Source: a virus (taxonomy: Duplodnaviria > Caudoviricetes). Taken from it: DNA of 64,000 nt. Location: positions 12,653 to 76,652 of IMG/VR virus record IMGVR_UViG_2893967813_000002. One strand, 5' to 3'. The notes below the pieces were generated by a model. It saw nothing but the letters and a program-made list of their open reading frames with translations. It was not told the origin of the DNA and did no database searches. The stretch's first letter is position 1. Every line of letters starts with the position of its first letter. A program made the translations under genes and the position numbers. This document shows positions 50,601-60,490 of this stretch, one piece after another.

Positions 50601-53056
50601 TCGTCCTGTTTCATCGTTGCCCCCTGTATCATGCCATTGGTGCGGTTGGTACGTGCATCGACCATTGCATTGCTTTGCTCCACACGTGCATCTATGTCAT
50701 CACGCACACGTTGAATCATACCGTCATATACCTGCTTGGCATTTAGGTAGTCCAATATGATGTCTGCACGCTCATGTCCTTGTTCGTTGCCGCTGCTCGA
50801 TGCGTTCCGTGCCTCGTTCAGCCAGTCCACAGCATCATTCACAAGGGCTTCATCGTTCACTCCCAGCTCGCGTTTCATCCTCTCCCTCTGGTACTCGTAC
50901 ATATTCTTGGCATCGGTCATTTCCTGTGGGTCTGCGATATTGTAACCATCAATGTAGCTTTCATCCATTGACTGCACATCCTCGTCCTGTTCGCCGCCCC
51001 GTTTCTGTACGAGAGTACCGAGGTTAAAGCCCCTCATCATCAACGAACGCTCCATGTAGGTAAGGATTGCGGCTCTCTCATCGTCAGAGAAATTCTTGTC
51101 GTTTACAATTCCATCTGCCACGCTGCCAATGTCATCATTGGTCGTAAGGTCGATAGTCGTCCTTAACGGTTCCCATATTTCTTTGCCAAGCAATTCTGTT
51201 GCACGGGCATCAGCCTTGTTTACTCCGTGCTTCATTGAAGCATACTGCGCTCCTGACAATGTAGCCTTACCTGCGCCCATCAATCCCATAGAAAGAGCCA
51301 TGCCGCCCCAAATGTCGCCGTGGAATTGTCCTGTTGCAAGCAAGTTGGTGCGTGTGCCATCCGGGTTATGCTGGTACGCATCGTCCAGATTGAGCATGGT
51401 GCGCCACAATTGCCCATAGTATTCTTCCGTTACCTCTCCAAAATAGTCACTCACACCCATTTTGTTGAATAACTGATGTGTCTGTCCCATGATACCGTTC
51501 AACGCACCTGCATCAGCCTTTGAAAGCACTGCACCGATACGCTTTGCACCCACCACATTGGCGAGCTTACTCATATTTCCAAGAGTAACTACAGGGTCAA
51601 GGTGCGAACCGAACATTTCCGAATAATTTTCAACGATGGCATTGGCTTCTCCTTGCCAAATGGCATTTCCCCAAGTCTTGTCGTTGGAAAAATCATAGTT
51701 TCCGTTCTCATCGACAACCACATCACCGAGTTTTCTGTCAATAATGTCGGCTGTGGTTTTCCCTGCCTGTACCGTATTGGTCATAAGCGGAGCACGGAGA
51801 AGCAGGTCATCAGCGGTCGTACCGAGAGCCTTAATGGTCCAATTGGTTGCATATTGTCCCAAACCTTTCACGCCGTTGTTTTTCAGGTATGTCTTGAAGC
51901 CCTGTTCCGCCAGTTTCTCTACTACTTCTTTGCCCACCACCTTTGTGGCAGCTTTCGTTCCGGCTTTGGAAAGAACATTGATACCGTTGAATCCACCTCC
52001 TGTAATACCAAAGTCAAGCATGAATGCAGGCATATGGCCGGTCATCATACCGGCTCTGTTCCAAAAGCCAGCGTTCCCACCATACATCTGCTCCGCCTGT
52101 CCTTTGTTGTAGAGTGCGCCCATCATTTCATTGTAGGCTTCACGCTCTCCATCCGTGGCATTCTCACCTTTCAGGTCATCGGCGTTCATCATCGTCAAAG
52201 CGTCACGCATATCGCTCATGCCGAAATCCCAAGTGCGGAAATCGCCTGCCACACGACCGAAACCACGCCAAAAGCCTACATCTACACCTTGTTCACGGTC
52301 TTTCTGTTCTTCAAGGTCTTTGATAAGTTCCTCTGTTTGACGAATGGCGACATCCAAGGTACTGTTTTCCCTGTCGCTCATCTGACGAGGAACATAGGTA
52401 TCTGCTGCAAGCAAGAATCCAAGAGGAGCTGTATTCTTTTTTGTATCTTCTTCCCATTGTTCATGCACTCTATTGGCACTTGCATCTCGTTTTTCTTGCA
52501 GTTCTGCAAGTTTCAGCCTTGCACGGCGTAGTTGTCCGCTTACAGACATATCAGCCGCCTGTCGGTATCTGAAACTCTCCATGTCTGCAAGTCCCTTACT
52601 GGTGTATCTGTTGCCAAGAGGGGTAATGTAGGTTTTCTCCAACTTTCCGCTCTCTGGGTTGAACTGTATTTTCCCTTCTGCGGTCTGTCCTCCACCCAAT
52701 GGTGCATTTTCTTGGTACTCACGCATGGTCTCCATTTGTTCGCTGAAACCGTCCAACATTTGCTCCGTGCGGCGTTTCATTTGCCCCATATTTGCACTGA
52801 AGCGTATTTTGTCCTGTTCCGTCAGCGGCTTTTCTTTTGCTGTAGAGATTACAGGAGTTTCGGGTGTAGAGTCCGGGGCAGTCTGTTCAGGCTGTTGCTG
52901 TTCCGACATGAAAGTCTTGTAGTCTGCCGACTTTACACGATATTTCTTTCCCTCACGCTCCATGATTGTAGAAGCATCGGGAAAATCTTTCATAAAACTG
53001 TCAATGTGTTCATCACGCACATTGTATTTCTTTCCGTTGTATTCAAATATTGGCAT
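35610..53056 (-). CDS. Giant polyvalent DarB-like virion protein (~5,816 aa after repairing three frameshifts)
   Basis: ORFs 45794-53056, 39477-45821, 36409-39540 and 35610-36344 join near 45955, 39545 and 36412. Contains N6-MTase (EGSAGIG, NVPF), SNF2 helicase (HEVGTGKT, DEAH), iPPase-like and HExxH domains. Confidence 0.82.
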
Positions 53057-53058
53057 AG

Positions 53059-54200
53059 TTATTTGTTTTTACCGGGTGTATAATCAATCACATCGTCATC
53101 GCCGCCACCGGGAACATAGTCCACAACCTCATTATTCAGTTCTGAGGTCATGGCGGCAGGGTCAAGTTTGGAGAGAGAAAGCATGATTGCAGAGGCTTTC
53201 GGCGATTTGTGCCAATTCTGTTTCACAAAATCGTCTTTATCTCTTGCCGACATCTTGTTGATTTTATTCTTGTACCTTGTATCGCTCAGGTCTCCTTTTT
53301 CCACTCCATCCGTTATCATCGCATCAAACACTTGCTGCATCGACCTTTCCAAACATTCTCGTAAATGGCTACTTGGTTTCCGTCACCGTCAGAAAAACCG
53401 AGTTGTTTGCCACGGACACCACGTGCGGCTGTCGCTCTCGCTTTATCACGCTCTACAGCCACATTGTCATTATGCCTCTTTACTTGGAAATTGTAGGAAC
53501 GGTCAGCTTGACGTTTGTTTTCGTCAAATGTCGTTTGCCAACGCTTATCGGCTTCTTTATCTCGACCTTTCTTGTATTCTTGTTCTGCATCATATCGGTC
53601 ATCGGCGATTTTCTCCCGCTCGTTACGATGCTGAATGCTCTCATTGTATCGGTCATCATTCTTTTGGTCAAGACCGAGTTGCCTTTGCCAAGAACGTTCA
53701 CGGTGTGCTTCTTCTGCATCCGCCTGTTTCGCCCTAATCAAGCCATTGAAATATGCGTTGTTCTTTTCCTCTCGGTCTTTCATCAACTTGTCATATCGGA
53801 TTTTTGTACGCTCCGACATGGTGTTCTTGCCTGTGTACATGTTCGGTGCGCCCTGTGTCGTAAAAAAGAGATTGGAGAGAGCCATAACGCCATCCCCAAT
53901 TGCAGCAAAGATTTCATTTCTTCGCTGTTTCTTCTTTTCTTTTTCAATTTCCTCCGCTGTTGGTGGGGTATAAGGGTTAAGTTGCCGGAACAATGCTTCA
54001 TAGCCACCTCCACCTGCCGGAGTTCCTCCGTCTGTCGGCGGTGTGCCATTCTGCTTTGCCGGAGCCGGTGGTGCAGTCGGGGGAGAGGAAGCCGGTGCAT
54101 TATTCTCTGAATGTTGTTCCGTCCATTCCTTTGTGCCTTTTGGTGCATATCCTCCGTTACCTGAAGAAGTGCCACCCAATATCTCGTCTAATGTTGCCAT
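53059..54200 (-). CDS. Internal virion/ejection protein (inferred), frameshift near 53345
   Basis: 53316-54200 joins 53059-53352 as VWKG-SMQQVF with +1 T. Confidence 0.6.
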
Positions 54201-54211
54201 AGTCGTAGAAT

Positions 54212-54691
54212 TTAGAAAGGCATGGATGAAGCGGCATTGGCGACACCTTGCACAGCCTGACCGATTGCCTGTGCTTTCCCTTGTTCAAGTTGGTTAAGCT
54301 GCTCCACGAAAGCATTGTCGTTCGCCATGTAGGTAGCCTCTATGTTGTCTTTCCGTGCCTCTGCATTGGCTGCAATCTGCGATGTCGCATCGGCGAGTGC
54401 CTGGTTGTTTGCCGCTTTTGCAGCCGCCACACTCTCATCCGTGCCGCCCATCACAGCCGCCGAACCTGCCGCCTGTTTGTTTCGCTGTTTGATACTCTCT
54501 TCGGTCTGTGTCAGAATACGCTGTGCATCGGCACGCTGGGTAGCGTCCTCATTATAGCGTCTGTCATACCAGTCTTGGTTTTTCTGCCGCTGCGCCTCTA
54601 CATTCTTCTTTGCCCTTTTCATTGCCTTTGATGCAGAGATACCGCCGAAGATACTGCCCGCTGCACCTATTGCACTTCCAATAAGTCCCAT
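54212..54691 (-). CDS. Internal virion/DNA-transfer pilot protein (inferred)
   Basis: Gly/Ala-rich N-terminus MGLIGSAIGAAGSIFGG followed by Ala/Gln coiled coil. Confidence 0.6.
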   Translation of the reverse strand: MGLIGSAIGAAGSIFGGISASKAMKRAKKNVEAQRQKNQDWYDRRYNEDATQRADAQRILTQTEESIKQRNKQAAGSAAVMGGTDESVAAAKAANNQALADATSQIAANAEARKDNIEATYMANDNAFVEQLNQLEQGKAQAIGQAVQGVANAASSMPF

Positions 54692-54704
54692 ATGTATGTG
54701 AATT

Positions 54705-54770
54705 GTTAATAGTTATACTTCTAATGCAAAACTAACCACATACCTTTGAGCCATTGTTTTATCCTTTTAC
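54705..54770. promoter_or_regulatory. Overlapping divergent putative late promoters
   Basis: Plus: GTTAATAGTTAT 54705-54716, N24, TACCTTTG 54741-54748. Minus: motif 54759-54770, N24, CAAAACTA 54727-54734. Confidence 0.72.
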
Positions 54771-54830
54771 GGTCGGATATACGGCAAGTATGTAAGGATT
54801 CATAAAATCACTACTTCAAACTATTTTAGT

Positions 54831-55136
54831 ATGGCAAGACAGAAGAATGACGGTCGAGGACGGCTTGGTGGAAGACAGAAAGGCACACCCAATAAATCCA
54901 CATCATCTTTGCGTGAGATAATTTCAGAACATTGGCAGCACTATCAAGATAGCGGACAATTCAAGAAAGACCTTGATGCGCTCGACCCACAAACGCGTGC
55001 AGTGGTTATGGAGCGGTATGCACAGTACATAGCACCAAAAATGAAATCGGTAGATATGGAGGTTACGGCAAAGGTTACGCATACCATTGAGGACAAGTTA
55101 CTTGAACTCAGTGAAGAACCTGACGAGGATGATTAA
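54831..55136 (+). CDS. Small DNA-binding protein, candidate terminase small subunit
   Basis: GGRQKGTPNK basic motif, ~100 aa, behind a late-type promoter. Confidence 0.5.
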   Translation: MARQKNDGRGRLGGRQKGTPNKSTSSLREIISEHWQHYQDSGQFKKDLDALDPQTRAVVMERYAQYIAPKMKSVDMEVTAKVTHTIEDKLLELSEEPDEDD

Positions 55137-55208
55137 CAACCCCTCATGATGGGTAAATACATACAGTTTGTTTGTAACGGTGTTCATTGCTGACACCGCT
55201 ATTTTTAT

Positions 55209-55555
55209 TGTACATTTATTGCTATTTCTTCCGAAGAAATAAGGATTAATGTACATTTAAGTGATATAAATGTACAAGAATGGGCATTTCTTCTGAGGAA
55301 ATCCGAAGAAATAGGGTATAACTGTACATTTATGCTTATTTCCTCCGCAAAAATGCCCATTTCTTCGGAAAACACACGAAAATAGGGTAAAAACACCCCA
55401 AAAATGCCCTATTTTAGCACTTTATTTCTTCTGAAGAAATGGGGTATAATTGTACATTTATTGCTATTTCTTCCGAAGAAAAGAGCATTTCTTCTGAATA
55501 AATCCGAAGAAAAGGGTCATAATTGCACATTTATCGCCATTTCTTCGGAAACCTT
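55209..55555. repeat. Iteron-like array of two interleaved motifs
   Basis: 8 copies of the ATTTCTTCnGAAGAAAT-like palindrome and 6 of TGTACATTTAT-like (one inverted). Confidence 0.85.
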
Positions 55556-55781
55556 TTCTTTTATTACGTATATACTATGTATATACTCCATAAAAGAATA
55601 TATCTACTACTACATCAACTGCGCGCATACGCGCGTGAGAGAAAAAGATTTTTTGATTTTTTGTAAGGTAGGTAGAAGTCTAAAGAGAAAAAGAAAAAGT
55701 TGCGCCAAAAAGAAAAAGAGAAAGCCCACAAAGAGAAAACTTCCTTGCAGGCTTATCATATTGCCGGTATCAGCAAAAAGT

Positions 55782-57263
55782 TCAGAAACCTTTCCCTTTC
55801 TGTCGCTGATAGACCACAGTCTGGTCTTTGTCGAGATTGACGATTTTGAACATCACCATTGAGCGGTTCGGAATATCGTTGGGCAGCATAGTTACGAGCC
55901 GGGCAATCACCTCGTCCACATTATTGAAGCCAACATCCGTCAGTTCTGCCACCTTATGCCCGTTGTGGTATGCAGCCGCATTCACCATGTAGCGATACGA
56001 CAACCGGAAATGCACTTCTTCCTGTTTCTGCTCACGCACGGAAGCCTTGCCGGAGAAGAATATGAAATCAATCACTTTCTCGTTCAGTTCCCAAGCAGGG
56101 GAGAAGTCAATCTTGATATACCCCCGTGTCACCTTGTGACCGTTGCTGTGGTTCATCCCGAACGCCACTTCGTCAATCGTTGCCCCACAATCATTCTGAG
56201 CCACCGTACCCCATGTATGCCGGAACGTATAGACCGAGTACCATTCGTCCTTGGGCATACCCATTGCCTTGCACAGCTGCTTGATTCCACTGTTGGCATT
56301 GGCACAGAAGCTGTCGGATGTACTCATGCGCTGATAGAAATTGAACAGCCGTTCATCGTCCGTTGCAATATTCATGTATTTCTCGAATAGCGGTTGTATG
56401 ATTGCCGGTACCCTCATTTCCATGTATGCACCGTCCGCACGGAACTTTTTCGTCTTGGCACGTTGGTAATGGATGATTCCGTTCTCGTAGTCCTGCTTCT
56501 TCAGTTCAAACAGGTCAACGGTGTTGATTCCTGCAAGGCAAAGCACCATCATAGCCACATCACGTCCGAATTCCGTCAGCGGAAGTTTCAGTTTGCTGTC
56601 GGGAATGGGGAACGAGAAGAACTCCCGGCACGCTTCTGGGGTGATGGCAAGTTTTTCCGTCCTGTCCGCAGACGGTATCTCCACTTTTACCCAAGGGTTC
56701 GTTTTTATTCTGATGATGCCGTTGTCATAGTCGTTGTATTCCAAAATGGCAGCTTTGAACACCTGACGCATACAGATTGGGTACATTTCTTTTGCCCTGT
56801 GGGTCTGTTCAAGAGATTTTATCCACCTATTCACCGTTGCTGAGGTGAGTTGGGAGAACATGACCTTGTCAGTACCCGTGAAACGCTCCAGATGTTGTAG
56901 GGCAAGTTTATAGTTTTTGGCATTCCTTTCCTGCCCCCGGTCAATCATCCTGTCGATATGCATCCTCGCATATTCGGAGAAGCAGATGTCGTTGTCTCCG
57001 TTTGTCAGGAACTCAACCACCTCCTTGACCGTCCAATGCTCAATGTCCTTTTTGTTGAGCCGCTCCGTGTATTCTACAATCTTCTGTGCGCAATATTGCA
57101 GGACATAGGGGTCTTTTATCTCGTTCGTTTTGGTCAGTTCCTTTTTTGAAACCATCTTGTCCGTCTTGATGAACGATGTATTACGCTTGTGAGTCACCCG
57201 TATGTACACAGGGTAGAATCCATCTGACCGTTCTGTTCTTACCACTGCTTTCAATGTTGCCAT
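55782..57263 (-). CDS. int: Tyrosine recombinase/integrase
   Basis: Arm-binding-like N-terminus, SAM-like domain, YTFRH, MNHS, TRGY. Confidence 0.9.
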   Translation of the reverse strand: MATLKAVVRTERSDGFYPVYIRVTHKRNTSFIKTDKMVSKKELTKTNEIKDPYVLQYCAQKIVEYTERLNKKDIEHWTVKEVVEFLTNGDNDICFSEYARMHIDRMIDRGQERNAKNYKLALQHLERFTGTDKVMFSQLTSATVNRWIKSLEQTHRAKEMYPICMRQVFKAAILEYNDYDNGIIRIKTNPWVKVEIPSADRTEKLAITPEACREFFSFPIPDSKLKLPLTEFGRDVAMMVLCLAGINTVDLFELKKQDYENGIIHYQRAKTKKFRADGAYMEMRVPAIIQPLFEKYMNIATDDERLFNFYQRMSTSDSFCANANSGIKQLCKAMGMPKDEWYSVYTFRHTWGTVAQNDCGATIDEVAFGMNHSNGHKVTRGYIKIDFSPAWELNEKVIDFIFFSGKASVREQKQEEVHFRLSYRYMVNAAAYHNGHKVAELTDVGFNNVDEVIARLVTMLPNDIPNRSMVMFKIVNLDKDQTVVYQRQKGKGF

Positions 57264-57302
57264 ATCATGTCATTTTTATAGTTAAACTTTCTGTTTTTCC
57301 AT

Positions 57303-57441
57303 TCCGTGTACCAATGAGCCTAATCCGTGTTCCAATAAAGTTCCGGCCGTTTATCCGCAACTCGCTGACTGTGCAGGAGAAACGTTTGTACAACATTGGT
57401 ACAACACCGTTGTCAAAACTGTCCAACTATTGTACAACATT
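57303..57441. repeat. Candidate integrase arm-type/regulatory repeats
   Basis: TCCGTGT(A/T)CCAAT at 57303 and 57324; GTACAAC-core repeats at 57386, 57397, 57419, 57430 in two 11-bp-period pairs. Confidence 0.65.
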
Positions 57442-57497
57442 TGCGTGCGTTCTGCTCAAAAAGCGTGCAAAATGCACGCAAATTTCCTCAAAAGCAA

Positions 57498-57535
57498 TAG
57501 GCGACAAGCCTTTATAAACAAGTACTTGCCGCCTA
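57498..57535 (-). terminator. Hairpin downstream of ppdK near the prophage boundary
   Basis: TAGGCGACAAG-N16-CTTGCCGCCTA. Confidence 0.6.
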
Positions 57536-57566
57536 ACTATCTGATAATTAGCTTTTATTTCGCTTG

Positions 57567-60292
57567 CTATTTATCGTCCTCTATGGCAGCTTGCGCCGCG
57601 GCCAGTCTGGCAATAGGCACGCGGAACGGAGAACAAGACACATAGTTCAAACCAACTTTGTGACAGAATTTCACTGATGAAGGCTCACCACCATGCTCAC
57701 CGCAGATACCGCATTTCAAATCAGGACGAACTGAACGGCCTTTATCTACAGCCATTTCAATCAGCTGGCCCACACCATTTTGGTCGAGTACTTGGAACGG
57801 GTCTACTTTCAGAATCTTCTTTTCCAGATATACCGGCAAGAAAGAAGCAATATCGTCACGGGAATAACCGAAGGTCATCTGGGTCAAGTCATTGGTACCG
57901 AATGAGAAGTATTCTGCACGGCTGGCAATGCGGTTGGCTGTCAGCGCAGCACGCGGAATTTCAATCATGGTACCTACCTTGAACGGAATTTCCATACCTT
58001 CTTTTTCAAATAATGCTGCTGCTGCATCACGGATCACCTTTTCCTGAGCTTCGAATTCATACAGGATACCGGTCAAGGGAACCATAATTTCGGGATGCGG
58101 ATCATATCCTTCTTTCTTCAGTTCAATTGCAGCACCTAGAATCGCTTGAGTCTGCATCTCTGTGATTTCGGGATAGGTGTTACCCAAACGACAGCCGCGG
58201 TGACCTAACATCGGATTGTGTTCACACAGCTTTCCACACGTTTTTTGATTTCCTGTACGGTTACGCCCATTGCCTTAGCCATTTCTTCCTGACCTTTTGC
58301 ATCATGGGGAACGAACTCATGCAAAGGAGGATCGAGCAGACGAACATTTACCGGACATCCGTCCATAGCCTTGAAGATACCTTTGAAGTCGGCTTTTTGG
58401 AAGGGGAGCAATTTAGCCAATGCTTTTCTACGTCCTTCTACATCCGGTGACAGGATCATCTCACGCATAGCGACAATCTTTTCAGCATCAAAGAACATGT
58501 GTTCCGTACGGCAAAGACCGATACCTGAAGCACCAAAAGCGCGGGCCACTTCCGCATCATGCGGAGTATCAGCGTTAGTGCGGACATTCAGCTTGGTGTA
58601 TTTGTTGCAAAGATCCATCAATGCAGCGAAATCGCCTGAAACTTCGGCTGCTTTGGTTTCCACTTTACCTTTATATACTTCACCGGTAGTACCGTTCAGA
58701 GAGATGAAGTCACCTTCTTTTAAAGTAATACCTTCAATTTCTACGGTACGTGTCTTATAATCTACATTGATAGCACCAGCACCCGATACGCAGCACTTAC
58801 CCATACCACGGGCCACAACCGCAGCGTGAGATGTCATACCGCCACGTGCAGTCAGGATACCTTCGGCAACGGCCATACCTGCCAAGTCTTCCGGCGAAGT
58901 TTCGATACGTACCATGACCACCTTTTTGCCATCGGCAGCCCATTTAGCAGCATCATCGGCGAAGAACACAATCTGACCGGTAGCGGCACCCGGAGAAGCG
59001 GGCAAACCACGAGTCAAAACTTTCGCTTCTTTCAACGCTTTCTTGTCGAACACAGGGTGAAGCAGTTCGTCTAATTTATTAGGTTCGCAACGCTCCAATG
59101 CTGTTTTTTCATCAATCATTCCCTGGCGCAACAAGTCCATGGCGATTTTTACCATAGCAGCTCCGGTACGTTTACCGTTACGGGTCTGCAAGAACCATAA
59201 TTTACCTTCCTGTACGGTAAATTCCATATCCTGCATGTCGCGATAGTGGTTTTCCAGTTTGGTTTGCAGGGCATCCAGTTCTTTGTAGATTTCCGGCATA
59301 GCTTCTTCCATAGAGGGATATTTGGCTACGCGTTCTTCTTCAGAAATACCTGCACGTTCTGCCCAACGCTGAGAACCGATTTTTGTGATTTGTTGCGGAG
59401 TACGGATACCGGCTACAACATCTTCACCTTGTGCGTTGATCAAATATTCGCCATTAAACAAATCCTCACCGTTACCTGCGTCACGAGAGAAGCAAACACC
59501 AGTAGCCGAAGTATCACCCATGTTACCGAATACCATGGCTTGTACGCTTACAGCAGTACCCCATTCGGCAGGAATACCTTCCATTTTGCGGTAAAGAATG
59601 GCGCGTTCGTTCATCCAACTGCGGAATACAGCACAAATGGCACCCCAAAGTTGTTCGTATGCACAGGTCGGAAAATCTTGTCCGGTTTGTTCTTTTACAG
59701 CAACTTTAAAGCGTTTAACCAGTTCTTTAAGGTCTTCCACTTCCAATTCGTTGTCGAGCTTCACACCTTTTTCTTCCTTTACTTTTTCGATAATTTCCTC
59801 GAAAGGATCGATGTCTTCCTTGTTCACCGGTTTCATACCCAATACCACGTCACCATACATTTGTACGAAACGACGGTAAGAATCCCATGCGAAACGGGGG
59901 CGTCCGGTCTTGCGGCTTAAGCCTTCCACCACTTCGTCATTTAAACCTAAATTAAGGATGGTATCCATCATACCCGGCATAGAAGCGCGGGCACCCGAAC
60001 GTACAGAAACCAGTAACGGGTTCTCTACATCTCCAAACTTGGAATTCATCAGATTTTCGATGTTGGCGATAGCTTTCTCAACATCCGCTTTCAGTAGTTC
60101 TACTACTTTATCTTTACCTAACTCATAATATTCGCTACAAACTTCTGTGGTGATTGTAAATCCCGGAGGTACGGGAACACCGATTAGATTCATTTCAGCC
60201 AGGTTAGCGCCTTTTCCACCAAGCAGATTTCTCATGTCTGCTTTTCCTTCAGCTTGTCCATTACCAAAGGTGTAAACTCTTTTTTTATCCAT
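57567..60292 (-). CDS. ppdK: Pyruvate, phosphate dikinase (frameshift near 58228)
   Basis: [42 protein letters not shown]; +1 C restores [14 protein letters not shown]. Confidence 0.95.
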
Positions 60293-60490
60293 AATAAATG
60301 TATTTAAAGTTAACTCGCTCAAAAAATGTAATCGCAAAACTATACATATTTTAGTTATCTCCAAACCTTTTACTGAAAAAAAATAGTGGAAATTGCAATT
60401 TCTACTTTGCAATTTTAATATCTTACGATTTATGAGGCAATATTCAGGGAAAATGCTTAAATTTGTCCCCAAATTAACTTATTCAGAAAA

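Larger units (their letters stand above)
1..57540. mobile_element. Temperate prophage, right portion (left end outside window), podovirus-like gene set
   Basis: Contiguous replication, methylase, lysis, DGR, capsid, terminase, portal and integrase genes. Housekeeping ppdK ends at 57567. Exact attR not determined. Confidence 0.93.

Noticed and set aside
35610-53056. Programmed ribosomal frameshifting joining the four large ORFs
   Set aside because: No X-XXY-YYZ slippery sites with downstream structure were noticed at the junctions; they look like the other deletions.
55209-55555. CRISPR array
   Set aside because: Repeats are ~17 bp with irregular, repeat-derived spacers of a few to ~50 nt; no cas genes.
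55205-55862. ORFs 55205-55396 (-) and 55404-55862 (+) as real genes
   Set aside because: Low-complexity translations of the repeat array and A-tract; no recognisable domain.
1-57540. Naming this as a specific published phage
   Set aside because: Cannot be verified without a database search; it has a tyrosine integrase, so it is not a Mu-like transposable DGR phage.
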